Of a stretch of 64,000 nt of DNA, positions 33,859 to 45,085 are shown one piece after another. The stretch's first letter is position 1. Each line of letters starts with the position of its first letter. A program made the position numbers and the translations under genes. The notes under the pieces are model-generated. The model was not told the origin of the DNA. It saw only the letters and a list, made by a program, of their open reading frames with translations, and did no database searches. The DNA comes from Elsinoe ampelina (Eukaryota): positions 20,266-84,265 of the forward strand of contig ML992523.1 in assembly GCA_010093995.1 (NCBI GenBank), written 5' to 3'.

Positions 33859-36800
33859 ATGACCTTCACCAGGAAGACATGGACGCTCGTCCAGAAGAAT
33901 CTCATCTTGTCCTGGAATCGGCACTGGTTCACGGCGCTGATCACCGTCTTTCTGGCTCCTGTAATATTCTTCTTCTTCATCGCATATAGCAAGAACTTCT
34001 TCGTTCCGCCTGCCATCTTCGGCGTTGGGTCCCCTACACCTTTACGATCGCTGGCCGATGCCGTAGCTTACGCTGGCGGCAACAGGAACACTCTTGGAAT
34101 AGTCACCAATAACCTGGGGCCAGAAGTTCAGCAGATCATAGATGACATTTCCCCGACCCTCGTTGCTGGAGGAGTCAATCCAGTCGTGGTCGATACCGAT
34201 GATGACCTCTTGACTGTCTGCCCGAGCACAGTCCGTGGCACCACTCCCTGCTTTGCTGGAGTCCGCTTCGAGTCTTCGCCCTCCAATGGATCACGCTGGT
34301 CATACGTTCTCAGAGCCGACGGAGCATTTCGCGAGAGGATCTATGTCGACAGGGATACCAACGATGCTCAGATCTATGTCCTGCCACTCCAGTATGCCAT
34401 CGACAGTGCTATCGCTACTCGCAACGGTTCTGGTCCTTTACCACTTCCAGAAAACTACCTCTACACTAGCTCTACCGCTGAGGAGCGCAACCGCAACATC
34501 ACCAGGCTGTACATGGAGTCCTTAATCAACGTCATCGCTGTGGCATACTTTGTCGGCCTGGTAGGTATCTTGTACCAGCTGACTGGTCAGATGGCCACGG
34601 AGAGGGAAATAGGAATTTCACAGCTGATCGAGGTCATGACGGCAAGAAAACGCAACTGGGAGGCTCAAGCCATGCGCCTTCTGTCCTACCACATTTCTTA
34701 CGATATACTGTACGCTCCTGGCTGGATCTTCATAGGAATCATTGTCTGCCGCCTCAACTTTCCCACTTCGAGCACCGGATTGTTGGTAGGATTCTTCTTA
34801 CTGACTGGCTTGTCGCTTTCGAGTTGGGCTATCTTCTGTGCTGGCTTCTTTCGGAAAGCACAACTCTCTGGTATCTCAGTGACCCTGATCTCCGTCGTCT
34901 TGGCTATCATTGCACAAGTTCAGACTCCAACATCGTCGGCCGCCATCATCATCACCGGACTGCTCTTCCCGCCCATGAACTTCCTGTACTTTCTCTTCTT
35001 CGTCGCTTACCATGAGCGTATCAATATTGCTGCTCAGCTTTCCAACACCCCACCAAATGCACCATGGTCCGTCCCCGGTTATGCTTTCTGGATCTTCACC
35101 ATCATTCACATCTTCGCCTATCCATTTCTCGGAGCTTTCGTGGAGAGATGGTTGTATGGGACCACTTCCAAAGGTAGAAGTGTCCAGAGATCCGGAGGTG
35201 ATGCTCACGAGACCGTCAAGATTCATGAACTCTCCAAGCACTACCAGCCATCAAAATTCAGCAGGCTCATGGCTCGACTGTCCAGGAATCAAGAGCCAGA
35301 ATCTGTCATTGCGGTCGATAACCTCAGCATGTCGATTCTGAAAGGAGAGCTGTCTGTTCTGCTCGGCGCCAACGGGGCCGGCAAGTCGACGACCATGGAC
35401 ATGCTCGCAGGCCTTCAAGCTCAGACCGGAGGAATGATCGAGATTGACGGCTCCAGCATTGGTATTTGCCCGCAGAAGAATGTTCTCTGGGACGAGATGA
35501 CTTGCGAAGAACATGTCTGGGTTTTCAATAGCCTCAAGTCGGACAAGAAGGATCCCATGCATGTCAACAGGGACCTCCTTCGATCTTGTGACTTGGACTT
35601 GAAGCTCAAGGCCCGCTCCGAGACCTTATCAGGAGGCCAGAAACGAAAACTACAATTGGCTATGATGCTGACTGGCGGTTCCAACTTGTGTCTACTAGAC
35701 GAAGTCAGCTCTGGTCTTGACCCCTTGTCGAGACGCAAGATTTGGGATATCTTACTGAAAGAACGTGGTAACAGATCTTTGCTCTTCTCAACACACTTCC
35801 TCGATGAAGCCGACTTCCTCAGCGACACTATCACCATCCTTTCAAAGGGTAGACTAGTCGCCAGAGGATCTTCGGTCGAGCTGAAGCAAGTGCACGGTGG
35901 TGGCTACCGAGTCAAGATTTACAATACCGCCAACTTCTCCGAGCCTGCTCAGTGGAATCGACTCAAGAAACATGTTCACAGCGACCATGTCGTCTACCAA
36001 CTACCAGATTCCACGACCGCTACTGCTTTTGCCAGGGAACTAGAAGAGCTAGGAGTAAAGGAATATCGCGTCGATGGCCCTACTGTCGAGGATGTCTTCC
36101 TCAAACTAGCCGCTGAAGCTAAAGCTGCACTTGCTGTCGCTGCTCCGTCCGACCGTCCCATGGACGGCCCCCTTGAGAAGACTGCATCAATGTCTTCGCA
36201 GGAGAAGTCACTCGATCTCATGCCTGGCCGCCGCTTGTCTCTTGCCGGTCAGACATGGGTGCTTTTCCGAAAGAGGTTCACTATTCTTAAACGGAACATC
36301 TTCCCATACGCCGCCGCTGTAATCATTCCCATTGCCTGCGCCGCTCTTATCACACTGTTCTTGCAAGGCTTCGAGCGCTTGACCTGTGCACCAAGAGAAG
36401 CAGTGCGACCATCTGCCACCTTTGGATTGTCGACCGTTTCCCGCATACTCGAAGAAGGACTTCAGATCCCATACGGACCAGCCGATTCTTTATCCCCGGA
36501 GCTATTACAACTCCTCACGGCTGGTGGTCCGGCCAACTTATCGACTGCATTTCAGCCTGTGTCGAGTGTTTCAGCGCTCAACGACTTCATTCGTGCCAAC
36601 TACAGCACTACCACGCCCGGAGGCTTCTACATCGATCCCCAAGCTGCTCCGACCTTTGCCTGGAGAGGTAATTATCTGCCAGCCTATTCAGTCATCGTCA
36701 TGAATCTTCTCAACAATGCCCAGCTTGGAGGGACTCCACCAATTCTGGTTGGATACCAGGCATTTGATAGACCATTCACCCCCAGCGCTGGCGACTCTCT

Positions 36801-38718
36801 CCAGGCTGTATTATACTTTGGCTTGTGCATGTGCATATTCCCTGGTTTCTTCGCTTTATACCCAACACAAGAGAAGATCAACAAAGTCCGAGCATTGCAT
36901 TGGTCGAATGGTGTCCGAGTCCTACCACTTTGGACGGCATATGCCCTGTTCGACTTCTGCTTCGTACTGCTCATCAGCGCTGCATGCGCTATAGTCTACG
37001 CTACCATCGCTGATCAGCTGTACTTTTCAAGCTATCTCTTCATTATCTTCGTGCTTTACGGCCTCGCAGCTATGCTTCTTAGCTACGTTCTTTGTACATT
37101 TTGCAAGTCCCAACTCGCTGCTTTCGCCGTTGCCGCTGGGTATCAGCTTTCGACATTCTTGATCTACTTTCTGGCTTACATGGTCATTGTGACCTTTGCG
37201 CCCGCATCGGACATAACGAATCTGGTGACGATTGCGCACTTTGCGATTGCTACAATCACTCCGGCTGGAAACTTACTCCGAGCACTCCTTCTGTCCTACA
37301 ATCAGTTCTCGCTGCTGTGTCAAGGCCAGCAGGTCAACACAAATGCGGGGGACATTACCGTCCTTGGCGGACCAATCCTGTATCTCATCATCCAGTCGTT
37401 CGTCTTCTTTGGCATTCTCATGTGGATCGAGTCAGGCTGGCGACCAAGCCTGTTCCGTCTCAAGCGCAGAACCAAGCAGGACGTAGAAGAAGACGTCGGC
37501 GAGGAAGTCGATCCAGAAGTCATGTCCGAGAAGAAACGCGTCGAGACTTGCGAGGATGAACTTCGCGTCATTCACGTCAGCAAGCAATTCGGCGACAATC
37601 TTGCTGTCAACGACAATTGCTTCGGTGTTCCTCGCGATCAAGTATTTGCCCTACTTGGCCCGAATGGTGCTGGCAAATCAACCACTTTCGGCATGATTCG
37701 AGGTGACACTCGACCTTCTGGTAGGGAAGGCGACGTTCTCATCGAGAATATCTCCATCGTTCGGAATCGTGCTTCTGCTCGAGTGCACCAGGGTGTGTGC
37801 CCACAATTCGACGCCATGGATTCCATGACTGTTGTTGAACATCTCGAATTTTACGCTAGAGCTCGCGGTGTCCGAGACGTCAATCACAATGTCGAAGCGG
37901 TTATCCAAGCGGTCGGTCTGACACCTTACCGTCGTCGACTGGCATCCAAGCTGTCCGGTGGCAATAAGCGCAAGCTTTCACTCGGTATAGCTCTTGTCGG
38001 CGACCCGACCGTTCTCCTAATTGACGAAGGATCAAGTGGTATGGACGCCGCCGCCAAGCGAGTCATGTGGCGAACTCTCAAAGATGTATCCAATGGACGA
38101 TCTATGGTCATTTCTACTCATGCCATGGAAGAGGCAGACGCCCTGGCAGGCCGCGTGGGTATCATGGCTAGCAAGATGCTTGCCATCGGCACAAGTGATG
38201 AGCTGCGTCGTCGTTACGGCGATGCTCTTAACGTGCATATTGTTCATCGCGATGCTCCTCATACCAACGAGACGGACATGCAACGAATTAAAGACTGGGT
38301 ACTTCGAGAATTTCCTGGAGCTGTCGTGGAGGACCGGAGCTTCCACGGCCAAGTTCGTTTCACTGTACCGAATGCACGACCCACCGGAGCTGCGGCACAG
38401 GCTGCATCTGGAACGACGCACACGGGAGGAGAAAGTGATGAGACGAGAGGGCTATCGACCTCGGATGCAAGCAGTTCGGATACCATCGCCGAAGAGAAGC
38501 GAGGTATCTCGACTCTGTTTGGAAAGCTCGAGGCTGCAAGGGATGAGCTAGGTATCGCCTTCTTCGCAGTCAATCAGCCGACTCTGGACAGCGTGTTTTT
38601 GAGTATCGTTGGGAAACACAAGGTACAAGAGGAGAACTATGGGAGGGAGCATCCAGCCAAGAAGTCTTTCGGCGCGAGTCTGAAGAGGTCGATTAGAGAA
38701 CTGGTGAGGAATGCTTGA
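33859..38718 (+). CDS. ABC transporter, subfamily A, full-length, intronless
   Basis: Two TMD-NBD halves: GANGAGKST/LSGGQKRKL/LLDE and GPNGAGKST/LSGGNKRKL/LIDE. Confidence 0.95.
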   Translation: MTFTRKTWTLVQKNLILSWNRHWFTALITVFLAPVIFFFFIAYSKNFFVPPAIFGVGSPTPLRSLADAVAYAGGNRNTLGIVTNNLGPEVQQIIDDISPTLVAGGVNPVVVDTDDDLLTVCPSTVRGTTPCFAGVRFESSPSNGSRWSYVLRADGAFRERIYVDRDTNDAQIYVLPLQYAIDSAIATRNGSGPLPLPENYLYTSSTAEERNRNITRLYMESLINVIAVAYFVGLVGILYQLTGQMATEREIGISQLIEVMTARKRNWEAQAMRLLSYHISYDILYAPGWIFIGIIVCRLNFPTSSTGLLVGFFLLTGLSLSSWAIFCAGFFRKAQLSGISVTLISVVLAIIAQVQTPTSSAAIIITGLLFPPMNFLYFLFFVAYHERINIAAQLSNTPPNAPWSVPGYAFWIFTIIHIFAYPFLGAFVERWLYGTTSKGRSVQRSGGDAHETVKIHELSKHYQPSKFSRLMARLSRNQEPESVIAVDNLSMSILKGELSVLLGANGAGKSTTMDMLAGLQAQTGGMIEIDGSSIGICPQKNVLWDEMTCEEHVWVFNSLKSDKKDPMHVNRDLLRSCDLDLKLKARSETLSGGQKRKLQLAMMLTGGSNLCLLDEVSSGLDPLSRRKIWDILLKERGNRSLLFSTHFLDEADFLSDTITILSKGRLVARGSSVELKQVHGGGYRVKIYNTANFSEPAQWNRLKKHVHSDHVVYQLPDSTTATAFARELEELGVKEYRVDGPTVEDVFLKLAAEAKAALAVAAPSDRPMDGPLEKTASMSSQEKSLDLMPGRRLSLAGQTWVLFRKRFTILKRNIFPYAAAVIIPIACAALITLFLQGFERLTCAPREAVRPSATFGLSTVSRILEEGLQIPYGPADSLSPELLQLLTAGGPANLSTAFQPVSSVSALNDFIRANYSTTTPGGFYIDPQAAPTFAWRGNYLPAYSVIVMNLLNNAQLGGTPPILVGYQAFDRPFTPSAGDSLQAVLYFGLCMCIFPGFFALYPTQEKINKVRALHWSNGVRVLPLWTAYALFDFCFVLLISAACAIVYATIADQLYFSSYLFIIFVLYGLAAMLLSYVLCTFCKSQLAAFAVAAGYQLSTFLIYFLAYMVIVTFAPASDITNLVTIAHFAIATITPAGNLLRALLLSYNQFSLLCQGQQVNTNAGDITVLGGPILYLIIQSFVFFGILMWIESGWRPSLFRLKRRTKQDVEEDVGEEVDPEVMSEKKRVETCEDELRVIHVSKQFGDNLAVNDNCFGVPRDQVFALLGPNGAGKSTTFGMIRGDTRPSGREGDVLIENISIVRNRASARVHQGVCPQFDAMDSMTVVEHLEFYARARGVRDVNHNVEAVIQAVGLTPYRRRLASKLSGGNKRKLSLGIALVGDPTVLLIDEGSSGMDAAAKRVMWRTLKDVSNGRSMVISTHAMEEADALAGRVGIMASKMLAIGTSDELRRRYGDALNVHIVHRDAPHTNETDMQRIKDWVLREFPGAVVEDRSFHGQVRFTVPNARPTGAAAQAASGTTHTGGESDETRGLSTSDASSSDTIAEEKRGISTLFGKLEAARDELGIAFFAVNQPTLDSVFLSIVGKHKVQEENYGREHPAKKSFGASLKRSIRELVRNA

Positions 38719-39427
38719 TAGACGATAGAGGTCAATTGATGATTCTTATGACATGTCTTGTGATTGGGAAATCGGTGAGACTGAGAGATGAGATGATCGG
38801 ATGCAAGTCTATACTCCTCGAGTACGTGAGTATAGGAGGTATGAATTTGGTGCCATGACTCGCGCCTTTGCCGAAAATGGGCAAAAGCCATTTCCAGGGT
38901 TCATCCCTAAAAGCCCAAGCCCAAGCCCAAGGGCAAGGCTAAGGTAAAGGGGCTGTCAAAGAAAGCGACGGGCCTGCAGCTGATCAGGCCTCGAAAGTCT
39001 GAGCGCCAGCGACATGTCCAGACCGGAATGATATACTGAAGATTCCGCTCCACCACCTCTCTACGCTCTCACAACACCGCCAACCCTTATCGGACAATCT
39101 TCCGGGCCGTTTCATCAGTAACTTACGCGACACTTTTCCTCACGTGTTCGTCCGATACACCAGCCTCCCGCGCATCCATCGCATCGCAACGCGCTTCCTG
39201 ACCCCGAAGAACCTCCCAGCAAAACGACAAAGAGTCACTGTCGCAGAGCAAGAGCCGCATACGAGGGCCATCCACGCGCACAACCAGTCAGTGGCCGTCT
39301 CCACTGCACTCCACCTCGAATGAAGGGCTCCACCCCGCTCGTTTCACAATAAGGACCTCCAACCTTGATCTCAGACCTCAGCCTGCTCGCTCGGACATTA
39401 CCCGCCGGCGACAGGACAGACCATCAA

Positions 39428-42400
39428 ATGTTCTCCGGCGGCCAGGTCGACCCAAAGTCGCGACAATCATCCGGAGGCAAATCCTTCTTCTCACGGAAAA
39501 AGGACAAGGGCAGCGATGGTCTCGTCCCGGACAATGCCTCGGTCGTGTCCTACGCTCCATCTCACACGTCAAGACATTCGAGAAGGAATTCTGGGCCGGT
39601 CAATGGGTACGAGAGGAACTCTGTATATGCAGGAGAGGCCATGGGCCTGGCAATGAATGCTGGACCTATATCTTCGATACCCTACGACAACACCCACCAA
39701 GAGAGAGCTCCCATAGCTGTTGATCGCCTGCCGAAACCAGAACGACCTCACAACTCAAGAGATCCCTTACCGCACCATCTGAACAAAGGAGGAGGAGACT
39801 TTCATCAATACCCGGCTGTGCATTACACCCACGGTCCCAGGCCACTTCCTCCACCGAAGAACGACAGGAATAATTCTTTCGAGCGCTCTGCGCCTTCGAT
39901 CAGCTCCGGCGCGAGCGTATATGATCAAGACTCACCTATCGGTCGAGCTTCCTCAGATCAGGGCAGTATCCGGTCAAGCCACTCGCATAATCGGACATAC
40001 AATTCTTCGCAGACTTCTTTGCCGCAATCAGACCTCACCCCCAAGATGCATTCGCGCCAATCGAATCACCATGTCGGAGTGCTAGACGTCAGCCAGCCGA
40101 TGGCCTTCTCCTCCGGAACCTCATTATCGCCCGACGCATTCAACCTACAGCGACCCACAGACGACCGCATAATTGAGAAGGAATTCCTGGAACTAATGCT
40201 GAAGCGAGGATGGAAGAGTCTGCCAGAACAAGCCCGCCGGCAAATGGAAGCATACCCAATATCGAAGAAATGGACACTCGTACACCAAGACCGACTGGCA
40301 GAATGGCAAGGCGAGCAAAAGAGACGCATGCACGCGAGGAATACTATCCTCAGCGGCGGCGATGGGCTGGGCATACTGGGGCGCGCAGATGAGGAAGGCA
40401 GTCCGGAATGGTACGTGCGGAAAGTCATGGACGGATCTATCACCACGAAGCAATTGCAAAGTCTGGCTGTCAGTCTGCGGACACAACCCATTGGATGGGT
40501 GAAGGCCTTTGTCGAAGCCCAAGGTCAGGTCGCGTTGGCGAGTGTGCTGCTAAAGATCAACAAGCGACAAGCCAGTGGGCCGGCGCCTGCTCAGGGAGCC
40601 ACCAGCGACAAGGACCTGGAGAGGGAGTATGATGTGATCAAGTGCTTGAAGGCCCTGATGAACAACAAGTATGGCGCCGACGATGCTCTTTCTCACGCTC
40701 AGGTCTTCACTGGACTGGCTGCTGCACTCATTTCGCCTCGTCTCAATACCCGAAAACTGGTCAGCGAGGTCCTCACATTCTTATGTCATTGGGGAAATGG
40801 ACAAGGGCACATGAAGGTCTTGCAGTCCATGGACTCGCTGAAGAACGCACACGGAGAGAACGGCCGATTCGATGCATGGATGCGAATCGTCGAAGTCACC
40901 ATCGATGGACGAGGCAAGATGGGCAGTCTGGTCGGTGCCAGCGACGAGGTACGCAGCGGCGGCATTGGCATGGAAAACCTGCTCATGGAATACGCTGTCG
41001 CATCTCTCCTGCTCATCAACATGGTCGTGGATGCTCAGGACAAGGATCTCCAGCTACGATGCCATATCCGCGCGCAGTTTACAGCATGCGGTATCAAGCG
41101 GATATTGGCCAAGATGGAGCATTTCCAGTATGAGGCGATCGACAAGCAGATTGAGCGGTATCGGACGAACGAGGCCATCGACTATGAAGACTTCTTGGAG
41201 AGGGATGGGGCGAGTATGATGGACGATGAACAGGCTATGAATACTGATCTCAGTGATCCACACCAGATTGTGGAAGCCATTCGATCAAAAGTCGATGGAA
41301 CGAGGGCGGCAGATTACTTTGTCTCTGCTATGCAGCATTTGCTCTTGATTAGGGACAACGAGGGCGAAGATCGGTTACGAATGTTCCAGCTTGTGGATTC
41401 GATGCTCAGCTACGTGGCTATGGACCGCAGGCTCCCGGATATGGAGCTGAAGCAGAGCCTCAATTTCACCGTCCAGAGCCTGCTCGACAAGCTATACACG
41501 GATGGTGAAGCACGGAGAGCTCGAGACGAAGCCATCGAAGCCCGCCAGATCGCCGACTCTGCTATCGCGGAGCGAGATGAAGTGCGCGCCCAAGTCGAGC
41601 TTGGTGCCGAAGGTCTGGTCGCGAAGCTGCAGAAGCAGGTCCAGGAACAACAGGCCGTCATCGACCTCCAATCTCGGCAAATGGAAGGCTACAAGGCAGA
41701 GCTCGAAGAGCTCCAGCGAGTGCGCGCCCAGGAACTCCAACGGAACGAGCTCGAGACTCGTGAGCTGTACCTCATGCTTCGAGACGCTCAGGACATTGCT
41801 GCTTCGAAAGGTGGCAAGGGTGAGACCGACCCTACAAAGATGCAAGGTATCATGGACCGCGATCGACTCATGGACCGTCTGGAGATGCAGCTGGAACGAG
41901 CAAAGACCCAGGCCAAACTGGAAGGCAAGGTCTGGCAGCAGGTCAACCCATCTGATAGGCTCAGACAGCTGCGAGAGCAAATGGAAGGCGCGTGGGCTCC
42001 ACCCGAGGGCATGGCTGAGAATTTGGCTAATGGCTTTCTTGGGTCAGCCCGGACGCGGAGTGCTGTTGCTCGCAAGCCCATCCCAGGTCGCGTCGCTGAT
42101 CAAGATGGGCACATGGATGAGATTGCGGAGGACGATGTGGTGCTGGAGAAGCCTCGCCTGGTCGAGATGACGAGACCGAAGATCACATCTGCGCATGCGA
42201 ATATGCTCGGCGAGCTCAAGGCGAGGGCAAAGGCTGATGATAGTGATGAGGAAGGGGACGGTGTCACCACTGGACCTTCACATCCAAGCTTGGAGTCTGA
42301 GATACCGAAGACACCCGTGGATGCGGAGCACTTTAGTGGTGCTCCTCCTCCTCCGCCACCACCCATGCCTGGCTTCTCTGGTGGACCTCCCCCGCCACCT

Positions 42401-44560
42401 CCACCTATGCCGGGTTTCAATGGTGGCCCGCCGCCACCTCCTCCTCCCCCTCCTATGCCAGGCATGAAGGGAGCGATGCCGCCACCGCCGCCTCCACCTC
42501 CACCCGGTGCTCCACCACTTCCAGGTGGCAAGAAGGGTGGCTTTCTTCCAAAAGCCGTCTACAACGCACCAACTTCTATGGGCTTTGCTGTTGCAAGACC
42601 CAAGAAGAAACTCAAAGCTTTGCATTGGGAGAAGGTCGATACGCCAGAGGTAACCATGTGGGCTACGCACAGCCCATCACATGAAGAGAAGGAAGAGAAA
42701 TACGCCGAGCTGCAGAAGAAGGGTATTCTGGATGAGATCGAGAAACTCTTCATGGCCAAGGAGATCAAAGAGATTGGCAAAAAGAAGGCGACAAAGAGCG
42801 ATAAGAAGCAAGTCATGCCTAGTAACCTTCAGCACACCTTCCAGATCTCGTTGGCTGGCTTCTCGCAGTACCCCGTGGAGGAACTGGTTCGCATGATCAT
42901 CCACTGCGACAAGGAAATCCAGGAGAACAATGTCGTTATGGAATTCCTGCAGAAGGAAGACATGTGTGTCATCCCTGACAATACTGCCAAACTTATGGCG
43001 CCTTACAGCAAGGACTGGACTGGACCTGATGCGTTGAACACACCTCGCGAGCAGGATCCTAACGAGCTCACTCGCGAAGATCAGATCTATCTGTATACTG
43101 CATTCGAGCTGCACCACTACTGGAAGTCGAGGATGAGGGCGCTTGCACTTACCAAGACTTTTGAACCAGAGTATGATGAGATTTCGAACAAGTTGCGACA
43201 GGTAGTGCAGGTGTCTGATTCTCTGCGCGACTCAGTCAAGCTCATGCCAGTGTTCGGTCTCATTCTGGATATCGGTAACTACATGAACGACTCCAACAAA
43301 CAGGCATTTGGTTTCAAGCTCAGCTCTCTCGCCAGACTGGGAATGGTCAAGGACGACAAGAACGAGTCCACGCTCATGGACTATATCGAGCGTCTCGTCC
43401 GCAAGCAGTACCCACAATATGAAGGCTTTACGGAAGATATTGCTGGCGTCACTGCCGCGGCCAAATTGAATGTCGACCAGATCGAACAAGACGCAAAGAA
43501 GTATATCGACAATGTCAAGAACGTCCAAATGTCTCTCGACAGCGGCAATCTGTCCGACCCGCGCAAGTTCCACCCCGAGGACCGGGTCAGCCAGGTCGTC
43601 CAGCGCTCCATGAAAGAAGCCCGCCGCAAAGCCGAGCAGATGCAACTCTACCTTGACGACATGAAGAAGACATTCAACGACATTCTCACCTTCTTCGGCG
43701 ACGACAACGGCGATGAGAACGCCAGACGCGAATTCTTCGCCAAACTCTCCAATTTCGTGGCAGAGTACAAGCGTTCCCACGAGAAGAATCTCGGACTGGA
43801 GGAGAACTCCCGCCGCATGGAAGCTAGCATGCGCCGCAAACAGGGCCCTGCAGCCGTCAGCACGTCGGGTGAAGCCACGCCTGACGCCCCGCCCAGCCCG
43901 AATCTGGGTACTGGAGCCATGGATTTGTTGCTGGAGAAGTTGCGCGCCGCTGCCCCGTCGACAAGGGAGACTCGAGACCGCAGACGGCGGGCGAGACTCA
44001 ACGAGCGCCACCAGAAGCGCATCGCGAGCGGGCAGAAGATCCCAGATCTCTTGCCAGGTGTGGCCGGCGACGGAGACGTGGCGGACGAGCCTCTCCTCAG
44101 CCCAGACTCCACGGACGGCGGACTGGGACCGGCAGACAAGGACAAAGAAAAAGACGCCGGCTCCGAGGGTGAAGACGTCGCCGATCGCGCCGCCAGTCTG
44201 CTTCAAGGTCTGCGGGGCGATGAAGAGCCCGGACGGAGCGATAGTCTTCGTGTCCGAAGACGGAGGGAGAACGCGGACAACGAGCGCGCGCGGAGAAGGG
44301 AACGACGGAGGGCAGGGAGGGATAGTGTCGACCTCGGCTCTTCTGAAGGTGTAGATGGGGATGTGGAAGCGGGCAAGGAGAGGGACGTGAGGGGTGAGGA
44401 TATCGAAGAGGGCGACGAGACGGTGGTGTTGGCTAGTAGTCCGCCGCGGTTGAAGACGCCGGATATTGGCGTCGGAGGGCTCGATGGGACGGGCATGTTG
44501 CCTAGTCCGCCGGTGACGGTTATTGTGCCGCCCAGTCCGACGGGGAGTGAGAAGGATTGA
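39428..44560 (+). CDS. sepA: Formin (SepA/Bni1-like)
   Basis: GBD/FH3 (KKWTLVHQD, LRTQPIGWVKAF), poly-Pro FH1, FH2 (KLKALHWEK, GNYMN, GFKLSSL) and DAD (MDLLLEKLR). Start placed at ATG 39428. Confidence 0.95.
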   Translation: MFSGGQVDPKSRQSSGGKSFFSRKKDKGSDGLVPDNASVVSYAPSHTSRHSRRNSGPVNGYERNSVYAGEAMGLAMNAGPISSIPYDNTHQERAPIAVDRLPKPERPHNSRDPLPHHLNKGGGDFHQYPAVHYTHGPRPLPPPKNDRNNSFERSAPSISSGASVYDQDSPIGRASSDQGSIRSSHSHNRTYNSSQTSLPQSDLTPKMHSRQSNHHVGVLDVSQPMAFSSGTSLSPDAFNLQRPTDDRIIEKEFLELMLKRGWKSLPEQARRQMEAYPISKKWTLVHQDRLAEWQGEQKRRMHARNTILSGGDGLGILGRADEEGSPEWYVRKVMDGSITTKQLQSLAVSLRTQPIGWVKAFVEAQGQVALASVLLKINKRQASGPAPAQGATSDKDLEREYDVIKCLKALMNNKYGADDALSHAQVFTGLAAALISPRLNTRKLVSEVLTFLCHWGNGQGHMKVLQSMDSLKNAHGENGRFDAWMRIVEVTIDGRGKMGSLVGASDEVRSGGIGMENLLMEYAVASLLLINMVVDAQDKDLQLRCHIRAQFTACGIKRILAKMEHFQYEAIDKQIERYRTNEAIDYEDFLERDGASMMDDEQAMNTDLSDPHQIVEAIRSKVDGTRAADYFVSAMQHLLLIRDNEGEDRLRMFQLVDSMLSYVAMDRRLPDMELKQSLNFTVQSLLDKLYTDGEARRARDEAIEARQIADSAIAERDEVRAQVELGAEGLVAKLQKQVQEQQAVIDLQSRQMEGYKAELEELQRVRAQELQRNELETRELYLMLRDAQDIAASKGGKGETDPTKMQGIMDRDRLMDRLEMQLERAKTQAKLEGKVWQQVNPSDRLRQLREQMEGAWAPPEGMAENLANGFLGSARTRSAVARKPIPGRVADQDGHMDEIAEDDVVLEKPRLVEMTRPKITSAHANMLGELKARAKADDSDEEGDGVTTGPSHPSLESEIPKTPVDAEHFSGAPPPPPPPMPGFSGGPPPPPPPMPGFNGGPPPPPPPPPMPGMKGAMPPPPPPPPPGAPPLPGGKKGGFLPKAVYNAPTSMGFAVARPKKKLKALHWEKVDTPEVTMWATHSPSHEEKEEKYAELQKKGILDEIEKLFMAKEIKEIGKKKATKSDKKQVMPSNLQHTFQISLAGFSQYPVEELVRMIIHCDKEIQENNVVMEFLQKEDMCVIPDNTAKLMAPYSKDWTGPDALNTPREQDPNELTREDQIYLYTAFELHHYWKSRMRALALTKTFEPEYDEISNKLRQVVQVSDSLRDSVKLMPVFGLILDIGNYMNDSNKQAFGFKLSSLARLGMVKDDKNESTLMDYIERLVRKQYPQYEGFTEDIAGVTAAAKLNVDQIEQDAKKYIDNVKNVQMSLDSGNLSDPRKFHPEDRVSQVVQRSMKEARRKAEQMQLYLDDMKKTFNDILTFFGDDNGDENARREFFAKLSNFVAEYKRSHEKNLGLEENSRRMEASMRRKQGPAAVSTSGEATPDAPPSPNLGTGAMDLLLEKLRAAAPSTRETRDRRRRARLNERHQKRIASGQKIPDLLPGVAGDGDVADEPLLSPDSTDGGLGPADKDKEKDAGSEGEDVADRAASLLQGLRGDEEPGRSDSLRVRRRRENADNERARRRERRRAGRDSVDLGSSEGVDGDVEAGKERDVRGEDIEEGDETVVLASSPPRLKTPDIGVGGLDGTGMLPSPPVTVIVPPSPTGSEKD

Positions 44561-44631
44561 GGATGGGAGGGGATGAATGTTCATGGATCTTGTCACTTGC
44601 ATAGCGAGCTGGAGTTTTGTCTTTCTTGGGT

Positions 44632-44795
44632 TGAGGGGTGATACCATGGTGGTAGGACGGCTGGCTGAGGTAGGCCTGGCGGGAGAAGGGGAGGAAGGGG
44701 GCATGTGTATAGCGAATCGATGGTGCTTGATTGATGAGAGATGCTATGTGCTTCTTCTGCTCCGAGACTGGTACTGTGATATGTCGTGTTGCCCC
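44632..44795 (+). repeat. Diverged direct repeat, copy 1 (formin 3' flank)
   Basis: Shares GGCTGG..GAGG, GAGAAGGGGAGG, ATGTGTATAGCGAAT and AGACTGGTACTGTGA.ATGTC.TGTTG in order with 49508-49672. Confidence 0.85.
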
Positions 44796-45085
44796 TTGCG
44801 AAGCACGATTAAGGGAGATGGTGTGGCCGCATTCGGCGCTTGGACCGAGGGACTTTTGCGACGAACTTCTTTGTCCCAAGGACCCTTCGACCTCCCACCA
44901 TCAAATCAGCCACCATTCACCACTGTGGACCACATTCGGCTGGCACGACTTCCTTTTTTTTCTTTTCAGATGGTGCAGCAGGGAACTTTCAGGCTTCATT
45001 ATACGATCTTGAACGCTCAAGCCAACCAGGTAGTTGCATACGGACTTCGAGCTACGGACTTCGTTCTGCAAACTTCAGCACACTA

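Noticed and set aside
38910..38950. AAGCCC/AAGG hexamer run upstream of the formin
   Set aside because: Short degenerate microsatellite, not a TTAGGG telomere array.
43232..44704. 490-aa antisense ORF
   Set aside because: Shadow of the formin FH2/C-terminal coding region.
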